Shown here: piece by piece, positions 29,664 to 39,288 of the stretch
How positions within the stretch are numbered: the first letter of the stretch is position 1
How the letters are laid out: each line of letters begins with the position of its first letter
Made by a program: the position numbers and the translations under genes
DNA from: Myxococcales bacterium
Lineage (GTDB): Bacteria; Myxococcota_A; Polyangia; Polyangiales; DASUME01
Assembly (NCBI GenBank): GCA_047601445.1
Contig: JASGJH010000001.1
Span: 5,952,001-6,016,000, forward strand
DNA length: 64,000 bases
Reading direction: 5' to 3'
The notes under the pieces: model-generated
What the model was told of the DNA's origin: nothing
Databases searched by the model: none
What the model saw: only the letters and a program-made list of their open reading frames with translations

Positions 29664-30656
29664 TCAGCCGTTCGCCGGCGGCTCGGGGCTCTCGGTCTTG
29701 CCTCCGAGCAGCTTCTTCACCGCCAACACCACGCCCGCGCCCGCGGCTACCAACAGCTTCTTGCTCGCCAGCAGCGCCGCCACGATGATCTTGAACAAGC
29801 CGGCCTTGGCTGCGAGCTTGCCCGCCACCAGCGCTCCGATGCCATAGGCAGCCATCTTGTCCACACCCGGGTTGAAGTCGGCGTAGCGTTGGCCCGGATT
29901 GAACTCCACCGCGCTCAGCACGGAGGGCATGGCGGCCTTCACCATCGCGAGCTGGTCCACGGCGGCCACCGCGCTCAGCTCGAGTACACCCTTACGCCCG
30001 AGCACGCGGATGTCGTAGTTCAGCGTGTGCGCGTCCGAGCCTTCGAAGCTGAGCTCCTTGGCCCAGTACACCTTGCGTGTGCTGGCATCGTAGTGCGGCG
30101 GCTCGGCCCACTTGAGCAGGTGCACGGCCGGATAGCCCGCCTCCTTGCGCTGCGAGTTACCCTCCTCGGTGTCTTCCTTCATCTCGTCGAGCAGCTCGTT
30201 GAAGTCGAGATCCTTGGCGTCTTCATCGTCGACGTGGCCGTCTTCGGTGTAGGTCACGATCACGGCCCAGGAGGCGTCGGCGAACACCGACTCCTGCGTG
30301 GGCACCACCATGCCCAGCGTCTCGCTGCCTGGGGGATTGCCCCAAGCGACCAGCACCTTCTCGGTATCCGCCGCCGACAGGTAGCGCTGTCCATCCTTGA
30401 GATGCAGCGTGGCCAGCTTGTCACCCAAGGTGATCTCGCCCGTTTTGAAGGAGAGCGAGGCCTCGAGCTCGGCTCGCGGGTCCTGCTGGGCTTCCTCACT
30501 CGGCGCGCTCGGAGCAGCTTCCGGTGTGGCTCCGGGGCTGGGCTCGCTGGGCAGGCTGCCGGTGGCTTGCGGAGCGGGCTCGTCCGCGCGTGCCGGCGCG
30601 CTGGAGGCCAAGGGCGACAACAAGAGAGCGGCGGACAACGCGGCGATGGAGCGCAT
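29664..30656 (-). CDS. DUF2167 family membrane-anchored protein
   Basis: WGNPP, DGHVDD, WAEPPHYD, VYWAKEL, LNYDIRVLGRKGVL, RYADF and YGIGALVAG. Confidence 0.9.
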   Translation of the reverse strand: MRSIAALSAALLLSPLASSAPARADEPAPQATGSLPSEPSPGATPEAAPSAPSEEAQQDPRAELEASLSFKTGEITLGDKLATLHLKDGQRYLSAADTEKVLVAWGNPPGSETLGMVVPTQESVFADASWAVIVTYTEDGHVDDEDAKDLDFNELLDEMKEDTEEGNSQRKEAGYPAVHLLKWAEPPHYDASTRKVYWAKELSFEGSDAHTLNYDIRVLGRKGVLELSAVAAVDQLAMVKAAMPSVLSAVEFNPGQRYADFNPGVDKMAAYGIGALVAGKLAAKAGLFKIIVAALLASKKLLVAAGAGVVLAVKKLLGGKTESPEPPANG

Positions 30657-30778
30657 GCATGCCTTTCTGGGGCAGCGAGAGTACCGCCCCGGGTGAGGCC
30701 GGAACGCTAGCACCGCTGCATCACGGGCTGGAAGTCTTCACCCTGAGAGAATGCGCATTCCGCAGCGCGCACCAGGTC

Positions 30779-31153
30779 TCAGGTGACCACCCAGGCTTCG
30801 GCCGACGCGCGATCCTTGAAGAACGCGAACTCGGGAATTCCCATCTCCTGGCTCAAGCGCTTGATTTGCAGCTGGGTCATGGCGCTACTCACGATGTCGG
30901 CGGCCTTGGCCATGCCCCCCTTGGTGGCATGTTCCATGGTCTTTCCGATCTGCACGTTGACGGCGTCGCTCTGCGCAGGGAACTCCGAGATGTCCGCCAC
31001 CACGTACCACTTCTTCCCGATCAGCGACGCGACGCGATCCCTGAAGTACGCCACGTAGGCCACACCGTCTGCCTCTTCCCACAACCCCCACACGCGCAGA
31101 TACACGACGTTGGTCTTGGTGTTGACCTCGACCAGGAACCCCTTGTTGCTCAT
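30779..31153 (-). CDS. Small STAS/SEC14 (SpoIIAA-like) protein
   Basis: Alpha/beta pattern VYLRVWGLW...VVADISEF...SSAMTQLQIKRL...FFKDRASAEAW. Confidence 0.65.
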   Translation of the reverse strand: MSNKGFLVEVNTKTNVVYLRVWGLWEEADGVAYVAYFRDRVASLIGKKWYVVADISEFPAQSDAVNVQIGKTMEHATKGGMAKAADIVSSAMTQLQIKRLSQEMGIPEFAFFKDRASAEAWVVT

Positions 31154-31192
31154 GCAAGCAATTGTGCACCGAGTTTTCGGCGCCCCTCTAGC

Positions 31193-33313
31193 CTAATCGA
31201 AGGCTTGCGCGACCAGGCGCTCGAGCTCGGCCACATCGATGGGCTTGGCGATGTGTTGCTCGAAGCCCGCTTGTCGGCTGCGTTCGCGGTCGCTCGCGGT
31301 GCCGTAGCCGCTGAGCGCGACCAGCTTCAAATGCTGTTCAGGCAAGAGCTCGCGCAGCTTTTGGGCGAGCTCGTAACCATCCATGACCGGGAGGCCCAGG
31401 TCCAGTACCGCCAATTCCGGACGAAAATCCGCGGCCACGGCAAGCGCAGTGGGGCCGTCGAAAGCGGTAGCGGTCTCGTGGCCGAACGACTCGAGGGCGA
31501 AGGCGAGCATCTCCGCGGCATCTTGGTTGTCGTCCACCACCAAGATTCTGCGCGGCGCGTGTGGACTCCGCTCGAGCGCGGCGGGCAGGGGTGTCCGCGT
31601 TCGCCGTCGGCGGGCGTAGGGAGGCAGCACCACGGTGAACTCGCTACCGCGTCCCACCCCATCGCTGCGGCAGGTCACCTGACCGCCGTGTGCGGTCACG
31701 ATGCCGTGCACGATCGCGAGCCCCAAGCCGAGACCACCCTGGGATTGATCGAGTCGTCGCTCTCCCTGCACGAAGGCTTCGAACAGCTTGGGCAAGAGCT
31801 CGGGCGCGATGCCTTCGCCGGTGTCCAGCACGCTCAGCATGAGGCCCTCGTCCGAGCGTCTTCCGACCACGCTGACGCGACCTCCCACGGGTGTGAATTT
31901 GGAGGCGTTGGTCAAGAGGTTCGAGACCACTTGGCCGAGCCGTTCGAGATCGCCGTCCACCGACAGACCTAAGGGAGGCACGTGCACGTCGAGAAACTGC
32001 TTGCGGCGTTCGAGCAGTGGACTCGCCATCTCGACGCCCTTGGCCACCACATCGCCCAGCTCCACGGCCTCGCAGCGCAGCTCGAGCTTGCCCCGTGTGA
32101 TGCGCGTGACATCGAGCAGGTCGTCCACCAACCGCCGCAGGTGCGTCACCTGGCGGGCGATCACGGCGCGCTCCTTCTCGGCCACCGGGCCCAAGATTTC
32201 CATCAAGTTGAGTGCGGTCTGAATCGGTGCCAACGGATTGCGTAGCTCGTGCCCGAGCATGGCCAAGAACTCGTCTTTGGCGCGGTTGGCTGCTTCGGAC
32301 TCCTCGCGGGCTGCGCGCTCGCTCTCGAGCAGCTGAGCGCGCTCGCGTTCTCCCGCGCGCTGCATGCTCACGTCCACCACGACGCAGCAGGCCTGCACCA
32401 CTTCGCCGCCGATCTCCACCGGGTACGCGCTGATCAACACCGCGCCGTCGCCCTTGGGGGCCTCGAAGGGCACCGTGGGCTTTCCGCTCTGAAACACGCT
32501 CTCCAACATCAGCTCGGCGCCGCGCCCAATCTCGGGCTCCGTGATCACTTCCGAGGGTTTGCGTCCGATGGTGAGCTCCGCGGGTACGCCGTTGAGCTTG
32601 GCCAACCAGTCGTTGATGCGGAGATAGCGGCACTCGCGGTCGAAGAAGGCCATGCCGAACGGCGCGGTGGCGAACACGGTCTGAAGCAAGAGCTGTTGTT
32701 CGCGCAGGTTGCGGGTACGCTCTTCGACCAAGGCCTCGAGCTTGTTGCCGTGCTCTGCGAGCGCCCGTGAGTGGCGGGCTTTGTCGTCGTTGCCGAAAAT
32801 CACCGAGGCGAAGTCGGCCAAGGTCCCTGCGACTAGTTCTTCCCAGTGCGTCCACTCGCGCGCCGCGCCCAGGTGTTCGTGGCAGACGACGCCGACCAGG
32901 CGGCCGGCAAGCCAGATGGGAGCGTCGAGCATGGCGCCGATGTCGTGTTCGCGGAGGTAGTCGTCGAGCTCGCGCGTGCGCGGATCCGACTGGGCGTCCC
33001 GGGCCGCGACGGTGCGCTCTTCCGCGAGGGAGTGAAAGTAGGCGGGCGCGTCGTGCGCCGACAGCCTCAGTCCCGAGCTATGGGTTGCGAGGTCTTGGTC
33101 GAACAGATCGATGCACTCCAATGCACCGTCGTTCGGATCGAAGCGCCACACGCTGGCGCGTCCCACCCGCAGCGCCGCCGCGCCGGTTTCCGTCAGCCGC
33201 TTGAAAGCGTTGGAGATGTCGTCGCGCTCGAGGAGCTCGGGTCGAGCCAGCCTGGCGATCATCTTTCCAACGGCCGCCAAGAACTCGTCGCTCGCCCCCG
33301 CTTGCTCCGACAT
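31193..33313 (-). CDS. Hybrid sensor histidine kinase (GAF-PAS-HisKA-HATPase-REC)
   Basis: MLDAPI..VVCHEH GAF, FLAMLGHELRNPL, NLLTNASKFT, GLGLGL, ILVVDDN and LDLGLP. Confidence 0.95.
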   Translation of the reverse strand: MSEQAGASDEFLAAVGKMIARLARPELLERDDISNAFKRLTETGAAALRVGRASVWRFDPNDGALECIDLFDQDLATHSSGLRLSAHDAPAYFHSLAEERTVAARDAQSDPRTRELDDYLREHDIGAMLDAPIWLAGRLVGVVCHEHLGAAREWTHWEELVAGTLADFASVIFGNDDKARHSRALAEHGNKLEALVEERTRNLREQQLLLQTVFATAPFGMAFFDRECRYLRINDWLAKLNGVPAELTIGRKPSEVITEPEIGRGAELMLESVFQSGKPTVPFEAPKGDGAVLISAYPVEIGGEVVQACCVVVDVSMQRAGERERAQLLESERAAREESEAANRAKDEFLAMLGHELRNPLAPIQTALNLMEILGPVAEKERAVIARQVTHLRRLVDDLLDVTRITRGKLELRCEAVELGDVVAKGVEMASPLLERRKQFLDVHVPPLGLSVDGDLERLGQVVSNLLTNASKFTPVGGRVSVVGRRSDEGLMLSVLDTGEGIAPELLPKLFEAFVQGERRLDQSQGGLGLGLAIVHGIVTAHGGQVTCRSDGVGRGSEFTVVLPPYARRRRTRTPLPAALERSPHAPRRILVVDDNQDAAEMLAFALESFGHETATAFDGPTALAVAADFRPELAVLDLGLPVMDGYELAQKLRELLPEQHLKLVALSGYGTASDRERSRQAGFEQHIAKPIDVAELERLVAQAFD

Positions 33314-33573
33314 CGCGAGAGCACTTACCACATTGATTTGTCCAGGCTGTTCAGACGGTGATGAAGCGCACGCAAATTAGCCCATGAATTCCACGAAAAC
33401 GGGCCCGGGACAGCCCTCGCGAGCTGCGACATGTTGTCGCGGACCCGGCTGCTGCCAGCGAAAATGAACATGTGGGTGGATTGGCGCCAGCGGTACGGTG
33501 CTTGGCGCCCCCTGCCGAGCCAGCAAGCGCGTTATCCCTTAGTTTCCGCGGTGTCCACGAAGGAGATCTCGCC

Positions 33574-34692
33574 ATGAGACCCACAGACCGTGCACCTCAA
33601 GACCTAATTCAAGCCTCCAAGACGCTGCGCCACGAGCTCCAACGCGTGAGCGATGATTACCGTTCTCAACATCCCTGGTTGGCGCATCAGAACGCCATCG
33701 GCCTGACGATCTTCTTGGTCAGCAGCATTGGCATCGTATTAGCCGGATTAGGCTATGCCAGCGGGACGCTGCCTGCCTGGGCCGTGATCCCCACCGCGGC
33801 CTTCTTCATGTCGCTGCTCCACGAGCTCGAGCACGACCTCATCCATCGCCTCTACTTCAAGGACAACAAGTTCCTCTACGACACGATGATGTTCGTGGGT
33901 TGGCTGTTCCGCCCGAGCACCATCAACCCGTGGATTCGGCGCGACCTGCACCTGCACCACCACCGTGCGTCGGGCAGTGAGAGTGACCTCGAGGAGCGCG
34001 GCATCACCAACGGGGAGACCTGGGGCGTGCGCCGCTTCCTGATGACCTTCGACAGCATGCTGGCCATCTTCCTGCGACCGCTGACGCTCAAGCGCATGGT
34101 CTGGGCCTATATTCGCGCGCAAAAGCCCGCCAGCAAGGCGGAGCAACGCCGGCTTCTCTGGCGCAATCGTCTGTCTTACTTTCCCCTTGGGACCATCCAC
34201 TACACGCTCTGGCACTTTTGGCTCTTCGTGAACGTCGGGGGGCTCGTGGCCAGGGCTTGCGGTCTCAGCCTGACGTTGCCGACTCAGCTGAATGCGTGGC
34301 TACCGACCGTGAACTTCCTGGTGGTGGTCTGGGTGGGGCCCAACGTGTTGCGCTCGTTCTGTCTGCACTTCGTGTCGTCCAACATGCACTACTACGGCGA
34401 CATCGAGCCTCGGAACACCATCCAACAGACGCAGGTCTGGAACGCGGCATGGCTGCTCCCGCTGCAGCTCTTCTGCTTCAACTTCGGGTCCACCCACGGC
34501 ATCCACCACTTCGTGGTGCAGGAGCCCTTTTACCTTCGTCAGCTGGTGGTCAGCGAGTCACACGCCCTGATGCGGAAGTACGGAGTCCGCTTCAACGACT
34601 TTGGTACGTTCCGCCGCAACAACCGCTGGCAGCGCGACGAGGTTCCGGAAGAGGCACCCCAGCTGGCACCGACGGTTGCGGAGCCCGCCTAG
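33574..34692 (+). CDS. Fatty acid desaturase family protein
   Basis: His boxes HELEHDLIH, HLHHH and HGIHH; AAGGAG RBS. Confidence 0.9.
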   Translation: MRPTDRAPQDLIQASKTLRHELQRVSDDYRSQHPWLAHQNAIGLTIFLVSSIGIVLAGLGYASGTLPAWAVIPTAAFFMSLLHELEHDLIHRLYFKDNKFLYDTMMFVGWLFRPSTINPWIRRDLHLHHHRASGSESDLEERGITNGETWGVRRFLMTFDSMLAIFLRPLTLKRMVWAYIRAQKPASKAEQRRLLWRNRLSYFPLGTIHYTLWHFWLFVNVGGLVARACGLSLTLPTQLNAWLPTVNFLVVVWVGPNVLRSFCLHFVSSNMHYYGDIEPRNTIQQTQVWNAAWLLPLQLFCFNFGSTHGIHHFVVQEPFYLRQLVVSESHALMRKYGVRFNDFGTFRRNNRWQRDEVPEEAPQLAPTVAEPA

Positions 34693-34967
34693 CTCGCGCC
34701 TAGCTCACCGAAGCGTTCGGCTTGACCCGCTTATCGGGTGAGATTCGCCACCAAGTTTTCGAGCCGCCCAGCGATACGTCCGGGGCCGTCCCGCAAGGAT
34801 GCCTGTCGGGGCGGTGTTGGGCGGCGGTGAGGGTTATCGCGGCCATTGACAGCTCGCGCGAGGCCGGCGAAAAGGGTGGGCGCGGGTAGGGCCCGCGTCT
34901 AGACTAGGCGACCTTTTCGTAGCTCGCGTCGCCCGAGGGCGCGCTTCGACTCTTGCGAGGACTTGTC

Positions 34968-35354
34968 ATGCGTAGACCGGCACAAATCGCTCTTCTTCTC
35001 GCGCTGATGGGCGCTTTCGGCTGCGCGCAGGGGGCCGCCACGCCGAATGGTGAGGTCGGACCCTACGACGACATCGACGCGGGCGACGAAGGCGACGGTG
35101 ACGGCGACTCCGAGAACACCGGAGACGGCGACGGTGACGGTGATTCCACGGGTGACGGGGATGGCGACGGCGATGTCACGCCGGCGGGCGATGGCGATGG
35201 AGACGGAGACGGCGATGCCACCGGGACTCCCGATGCGGGCACCGGCGGGTCGTCGGGATCGAACCCGCTGGGCTCCATCGGCGACATCTTCAATCAGCTG
35301 ATCGGCGCCATCACGGGCATGCCTCCGGCAGGCGGCGCGGACGCGGGTCCCTGA
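34968..35354 (+). CDS. Small Gly-Asp-repeat lipoprotein
   Basis: AFGC lipobox, GAGGA RBS, GDGDGD repeats and a short amphipathic C-terminal helix. Confidence 0.75.
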   Translation: MRRPAQIALLLALMGAFGCAQGAATPNGEVGPYDDIDAGDEGDGDGDSENTGDGDGDGDSTGDGDGDGDVTPAGDGDGDGDGDATGTPDAGTGGSSGSNPLGSIGDIFNQLIGAITGMPPAGGADAGP

Positions 35355-35684
35355 GGGTCACCTCTGAGAACGGGCGATCTAAAGCCGTAGAGTGAGACGA
35401 CGTGGCCATTGCGTGGGCGTGGCCGAGGGCGCACCCCGGGGACGTGGCCGCGCTCGTGAGCTGAACGATGCCGGGTCCGTGATCAACGAGTGTCGGGCGG
35501 TATCGATCACCTTCACGATTTGGTTCCCGCTCACGAGCGCGGGACGAGCGCGGCCACCATCACGGGAGCGCCAACGGCCAGGGTCACGCTCACGGACACG
35601 ATCAAACTGGTGTCCGGTGGAGTTGCCGCGCGGTACGCAGTCAGCGCGAGTGTCGTCGACAGGTTTGACCTTCCGATCTGAGCA

Positions 35685-37031
35685 TCAGTTGCGCGAGGCG
35701 ATCACCTGTGTGCCGTGCTCGGGCCAAAACGTGATCGTGCGGCGTACGGTGCGCGCAGGAGCCTGCTGCGCGAGCGTGAAGTCCGCCTGGGCGAGCATGG
35801 TTCCGAGCACGATCTTCATCTCGTACTGAGCGAAGGCCGCACCGATGCAGCGGCGGACTCCGCCTCCGAAGGGCAAAAAAGCCCCGGGGTCAGGTGTCAC
35901 GCCCAGGAAGCGCTCGGGTCGGAACAGGTCGGGCTCGGGGTAGAGCTCGGGATTGCGCTGGGCCAGGTAGATGTTGGCAGCCACGCGCGTGCCTTCGGGC
36001 AAGTCGTAGCCAGCGAAGCGGAACGGACGCTTGAGCACGCGACCCACCACCGGGACCACGGGCCGCAAGCGCAGGACCTCTTTCAAGCACGCATCGAGAT
36101 AGGGCAGCGCGGCCAGGCGCTCTGGGTCGGGCTCCTTGCCCAGTGCTCGCACCTCGTCGCGCAGGCGCTGGTACACACGCGGGTGAGAGAGGATGCGCTC
36201 GAAGGCCCAGGCCAGTGAGGTGGCGGTGGTCTCGTGGCCGGCCGCCAGGGCCGTCATGAGCTCGTCGCGCAGCTCACGGTCGCTCAGCCCCTGCCCTTCT
36301 TCGTCCTTGGCGTCGAGCAGCATGGCGAGCACGTCTTTGCGCGCGCGCACCTGGTGATCCTCACGGCGCCGCTTGATCTGCTGATAGAGCAGGCCATCGG
36401 CGCGGTCGCGCTCGCGCAGCATCCAGCGCCAGGGAGCGCGCTGCTCGTCCTGGGGGCGCTGGGCCAACACGATGAGGGGCAAGAAGGCGAGCGCGTGTTC
36501 GCCCTGAGAGAGCATGCGCTTGATCTGCCCGTGGAGCGCGTGCGCGTCGGCGCCCTCGTCCATGCCGAACACGGTGCGTAGGATGATCTGAAGCGTGATC
36601 TCCTGGGTCTGCGGGTGCAGCGAGAAGCTCTCTCCGCGTGGCCACTGCGACATCACACGACGCGTGATGTCGGCCATGGTGGCGCCGTAGAAGCGCATGC
36701 GTTCGCCGTGGAACGAGGGCAACAGCAGCTTTCGGCGCGACAGGTGCGGCTCGCCGTCGAGCAGGAGCACCGAGCTATCGCCCACCACGGTGCGCAGGAT
36801 GGTGTTGAAGCGTCCCGCGTGCATCTCGTCCGGGCGCGCCGCGAAGAGCGCACGAATGTCCGCGGGGTCGCTCAGCATCACCAGGGGAAACATCGGTAGC
36901 TTGAGCGTGAAGGCAGCGCCGTAGCGGTGACCGCACCAGTGGAAAAACTCGGTGGGGCGCTTGATCCAGAGCAGCGTCTGGAGGGCGACCGGGAGGGGCG
37001 GACTCGGCGGGCTGGCGTGCGTGGCTTCCAT
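35685..37031 (-). CDS. Cytochrome P450
   Basis: AGHETTA I-helix, EVLR, PERF and FGGGVRRCIG heme ligand. Confidence 0.95.
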   Translation of the reverse strand: MEATHASPPSPPLPVALQTLLWIKRPTEFFHWCGHRYGAAFTLKLPMFPLVMLSDPADIRALFAARPDEMHAGRFNTILRTVVGDSSVLLLDGEPHLSRRKLLLPSFHGERMRFYGATMADITRRVMSQWPRGESFSLHPQTQEITLQIILRTVFGMDEGADAHALHGQIKRMLSQGEHALAFLPLIVLAQRPQDEQRAPWRWMLRERDRADGLLYQQIKRRREDHQVRARKDVLAMLLDAKDEEGQGLSDRELRDELMTALAAGHETTATSLAWAFERILSHPRVYQRLRDEVRALGKEPDPERLAALPYLDACLKEVLRLRPVVPVVGRVLKRPFRFAGYDLPEGTRVAANIYLAQRNPELYPEPDLFRPERFLGVTPDPGAFLPFGGGVRRCIGAAFAQYEMKIVLGTMLAQADFTLAQQAPARTVRRTITFWPEHGTQVIASRN

Positions 37032-37152
37032 GGCGAGCCGATTCTACTCCCGGTGCCAAGAATCGTCGTGTCAGGCTGCCGCACCCTGGCAGAAGCGCCA
37101 CGCGAGAATCTCCGCTCGGCCGCAAAATTCCCGCGTTCGAGGCCCCTTTGCG

Positions 37153-37168
37153 CGGCACATGCCTTGCG
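37153..37168 (+). promoter_or_regulatory. Sigma54-like motif upstream of the YkvA gene
   Basis: CGGCACATGCCTTGCG has GG-N10-GC spacing, but lies very close to the ATG at 37181. Confidence 0.3.
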
Positions 37169-37180
37169 AGCTTGGTGAGC

Positions 37181-37756
37181 ATGCCAAAGTTCACACTGGT
37201 TCATGCGATCCGCAGGCCCAACGGCGCGGCTCCCAACAAGCCCAGCTCGGACCTTCCGACCAAGCAGGTCGTGGACGTCCCGCCCGAGCCAGAAGCCATC
37301 AACGAGAACGCCGAGACCGCGCGGCAGGCCGAGCAGGCGGAGAGCGAGGTGGAGGCGCCGGCGCGTTGGTACGCGCGCTGGTTCGACAAGGCTTGCCGCA
37401 ACCTCGGGCACCAACACCTGGTGAAGCTCGCCCAGCATCGCGGTCACGTGGCCAAGAGCCTCGATGACGTGCCCAAGCGCATGCACCGGGTGGCCAACCA
37501 GACGCGCCTGGTGCTGGAGCTGATCGATGACTTCGTCGAGGGGCGCTATCGGAAGATCTCGTGGCGCTCCATGGTGGTGCTCGCGGGAGCGGTGCTCTAC
37601 ACGGTGAACCCCGCCGACGTGATCCCCGACGCGCTGCCGTTTCTCGGCGCCATCGACGATCTGGCCTTGCTGGCGGTGGCGACGCGGCTGCTGCGCAAGG
37701 ATCTCGAGCGCTACTGCCGTTTCAAGCACTACTCGGTCACGGCCTACTTCGGCTGA
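37181..37756 (+). CDS. YkvA/DUF1232 family protein
   Basis: AVLYTVNPADVIPDALPFLGAIDDL. Confidence 0.85.
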   Translation: MPKFTLVHAIRRPNGAAPNKPSSDLPTKQVVDVPPEPEAINENAETARQAEQAESEVEAPARWYARWFDKACRNLGHQHLVKLAQHRGHVAKSLDDVPKRMHRVANQTRLVLELIDDFVEGRYRKISWRSMVVLAGAVLYTVNPADVIPDALPFLGAIDDLALLAVATRLLRKDLERYCRFKHYSVTAYFG

Positions 37757-39153
37757 GCCTTGCGTCCCGCGCGCGATTTGGGCCGCGTTCGCTCGCGGCC
37801 ACGCGCAGCGCCGGCCTGCGGGGACAGCGCGTGGACCTGCACCGCGCGTACCCCGCGGATGCGCGCGAGCCTGCGCGCCAAGTGATCCTTGATGCGAGTG
37901 CTGGTGACGAAACTCATGGTGATCTTGGCGGGGCTGCCCGGGAAGGCCTGCATCGTGTCCAGGCTGATGCCACGTCCGGCGAACACGGCGCTCACCCGCT
38001 CGGCATTCCCTGGACGGGCGCCGCTCTCCACCGAAAGGTCGCAGCGCCAGCGCCTGGCGCGCTCGGCCTGGTTGTCCGTGCGGCTCGATGCGCGCCCTGG
38101 GGCGTGCGAGCGGGAACCAACGCCCACGACTCGGCGTGCAGCAGGCGCGACATACAGCGAAGCCTGGACCTGCGCGCGCTCCTCGGTCGTGAGCTCGTAG
38201 GGCACCACGCGGTCGACTCCGTTGAGCGTGAGCACGATGGGCGCCCCGACCACGCCGTGCATCCCAAAGAGCTCGCCCTCGAGCTTGACCTGGGCTCCCG
38301 TGAGCACCTGACCGCCCGAGAGCAGCGCGCTCAGGAGCCGCAGGATCATCTCCGCCGTGCTGGCGGGGCTGCGGGCACCGCTGAACTGCGTCACGTAGGG
38401 CTTCACCACCGCGCGCAGGGCCGGCCCCATGCGGTTGGCCAGCGCGTAAGCCGCGGCCGACCCGCGTGTCTGTACGGCACGCGAGATCTGCGCGATGGCG
38501 TCGGGCACGCTGGGATCCCTGGGACGCTGGAGCGCCAGCAGCCGAGCGCGACCGTCGCTGCTCTCGAATCCATGCACGTCGACCGTGCTCCAACAGGGCA
38601 CCATGCGGGGCCCGTGTTCACCGAGCACCAAGCCGTGCACCCGCTGCCGCTGCACGCCCAGATCGTGCGCGATCTCCTGGCGAAAGCGCAGGCTGTCCAG
38701 GTAGGCGCCCATGCCGATCACACGCCTTCTATCGAGATAGCGGCAGCACAGGTCGACGCTGGCCTCCACGGGGTTGGTGAGCACCAACAGCAGCTCCTCG
38801 CCGTGACCGTGGCGTGCGATGGCGCGTGCGTAGGCCTCCACCATCGCTCGATTGTTCGCGGCCAAATCGGCGCGCGAGCGCAGGTCGCCGCGCCCCACGG
38901 CGTCGCCGGCCGCCAGGATGATAATGTCGCCCAGGACCTGGTTCGGACCGTAGGCGAGGTCGAGCTCGGGGAGGTCCTCGGCGAAGGCGTCGGTGAGGTC
39001 GGTGGCGATGCCGGGCAAGGTTTGCTCGCTCAGCCCGCCCTTGTGGCCCACGAGCTGAAGACGCGCGTTGCGAGGAATCAACCCCTGCCGCAGCAGGCCG
39101 ATGGCGATCTGGCGCCCGACCGAGCCTGCGGCCCCGATGATGGAGATGTCCAT
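37744..39153 (-). CDS. Lactate/malate dehydrogenase family protein with C-terminal ACT-like domain
   Basis: IIGAAGSVG, TNPV, LDSLRFR and LGEHG; the C-terminal RPGNAERVSAVFAGRGISLD resembles an IlvN-type ACT domain. Confidence 0.8.
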   Translation of the reverse strand: MDISIIGAAGSVGRQIAIGLLRQGLIPRNARLQLVGHKGGLSEQTLPGIATDLTDAFAEDLPELDLAYGPNQVLGDIIILAAGDAVGRGDLRSRADLAANNRAMVEAYARAIARHGHGEELLLVLTNPVEASVDLCCRYLDRRRVIGMGAYLDSLRFRQEIAHDLGVQRQRVHGLVLGEHGPRMVPCWSTVDVHGFESSDGRARLLALQRPRDPSVPDAIAQISRAVQTRGSAAAYALANRMGPALRAVVKPYVTQFSGARSPASTAEMILRLLSALLSGGQVLTGAQVKLEGELFGMHGVVGAPIVLTLNGVDRVVPYELTTEERAQVQASLYVAPAARRVVGVGSRSHAPGRASSRTDNQAERARRWRCDLSVESGARPGNAERVSAVFAGRGISLDTMQAFPGSPAKITMSFVTSTRIKDHLARRLARIRGVRAVQVHALSPQAGAARGRERTRPKSRAGRKAQPK

Positions 39154-39288
39154 GCGCTGAAGTGCTCCCAGGTGGCGGTGAACCCGACCCTGTGCTGGTC
39201 GGCGTGTTCCACCGATCACCGACGTACCACTCTACCAGAGGCTGGCGCAGCTGGCTTCAGCCAGCTTGCTCGACTAAAGCAGGCGCTC

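Noticed and set aside
35400..35680. Possible YVTN-propeller remnant (ALVSGNQIVKVIDTA, minus strand) and a 13-bp inverted repeat
   Set aside because: Too short and degenerate to support without a search; no start codon or continuous frame.
37561..39288. N-terminal 576 aa of the 792-aa ORF ending in SEC-C
   Set aside because: It is mostly antisense to the dehydrogenase and overlaps ykvA; only 39289-39939 resembles YecA.
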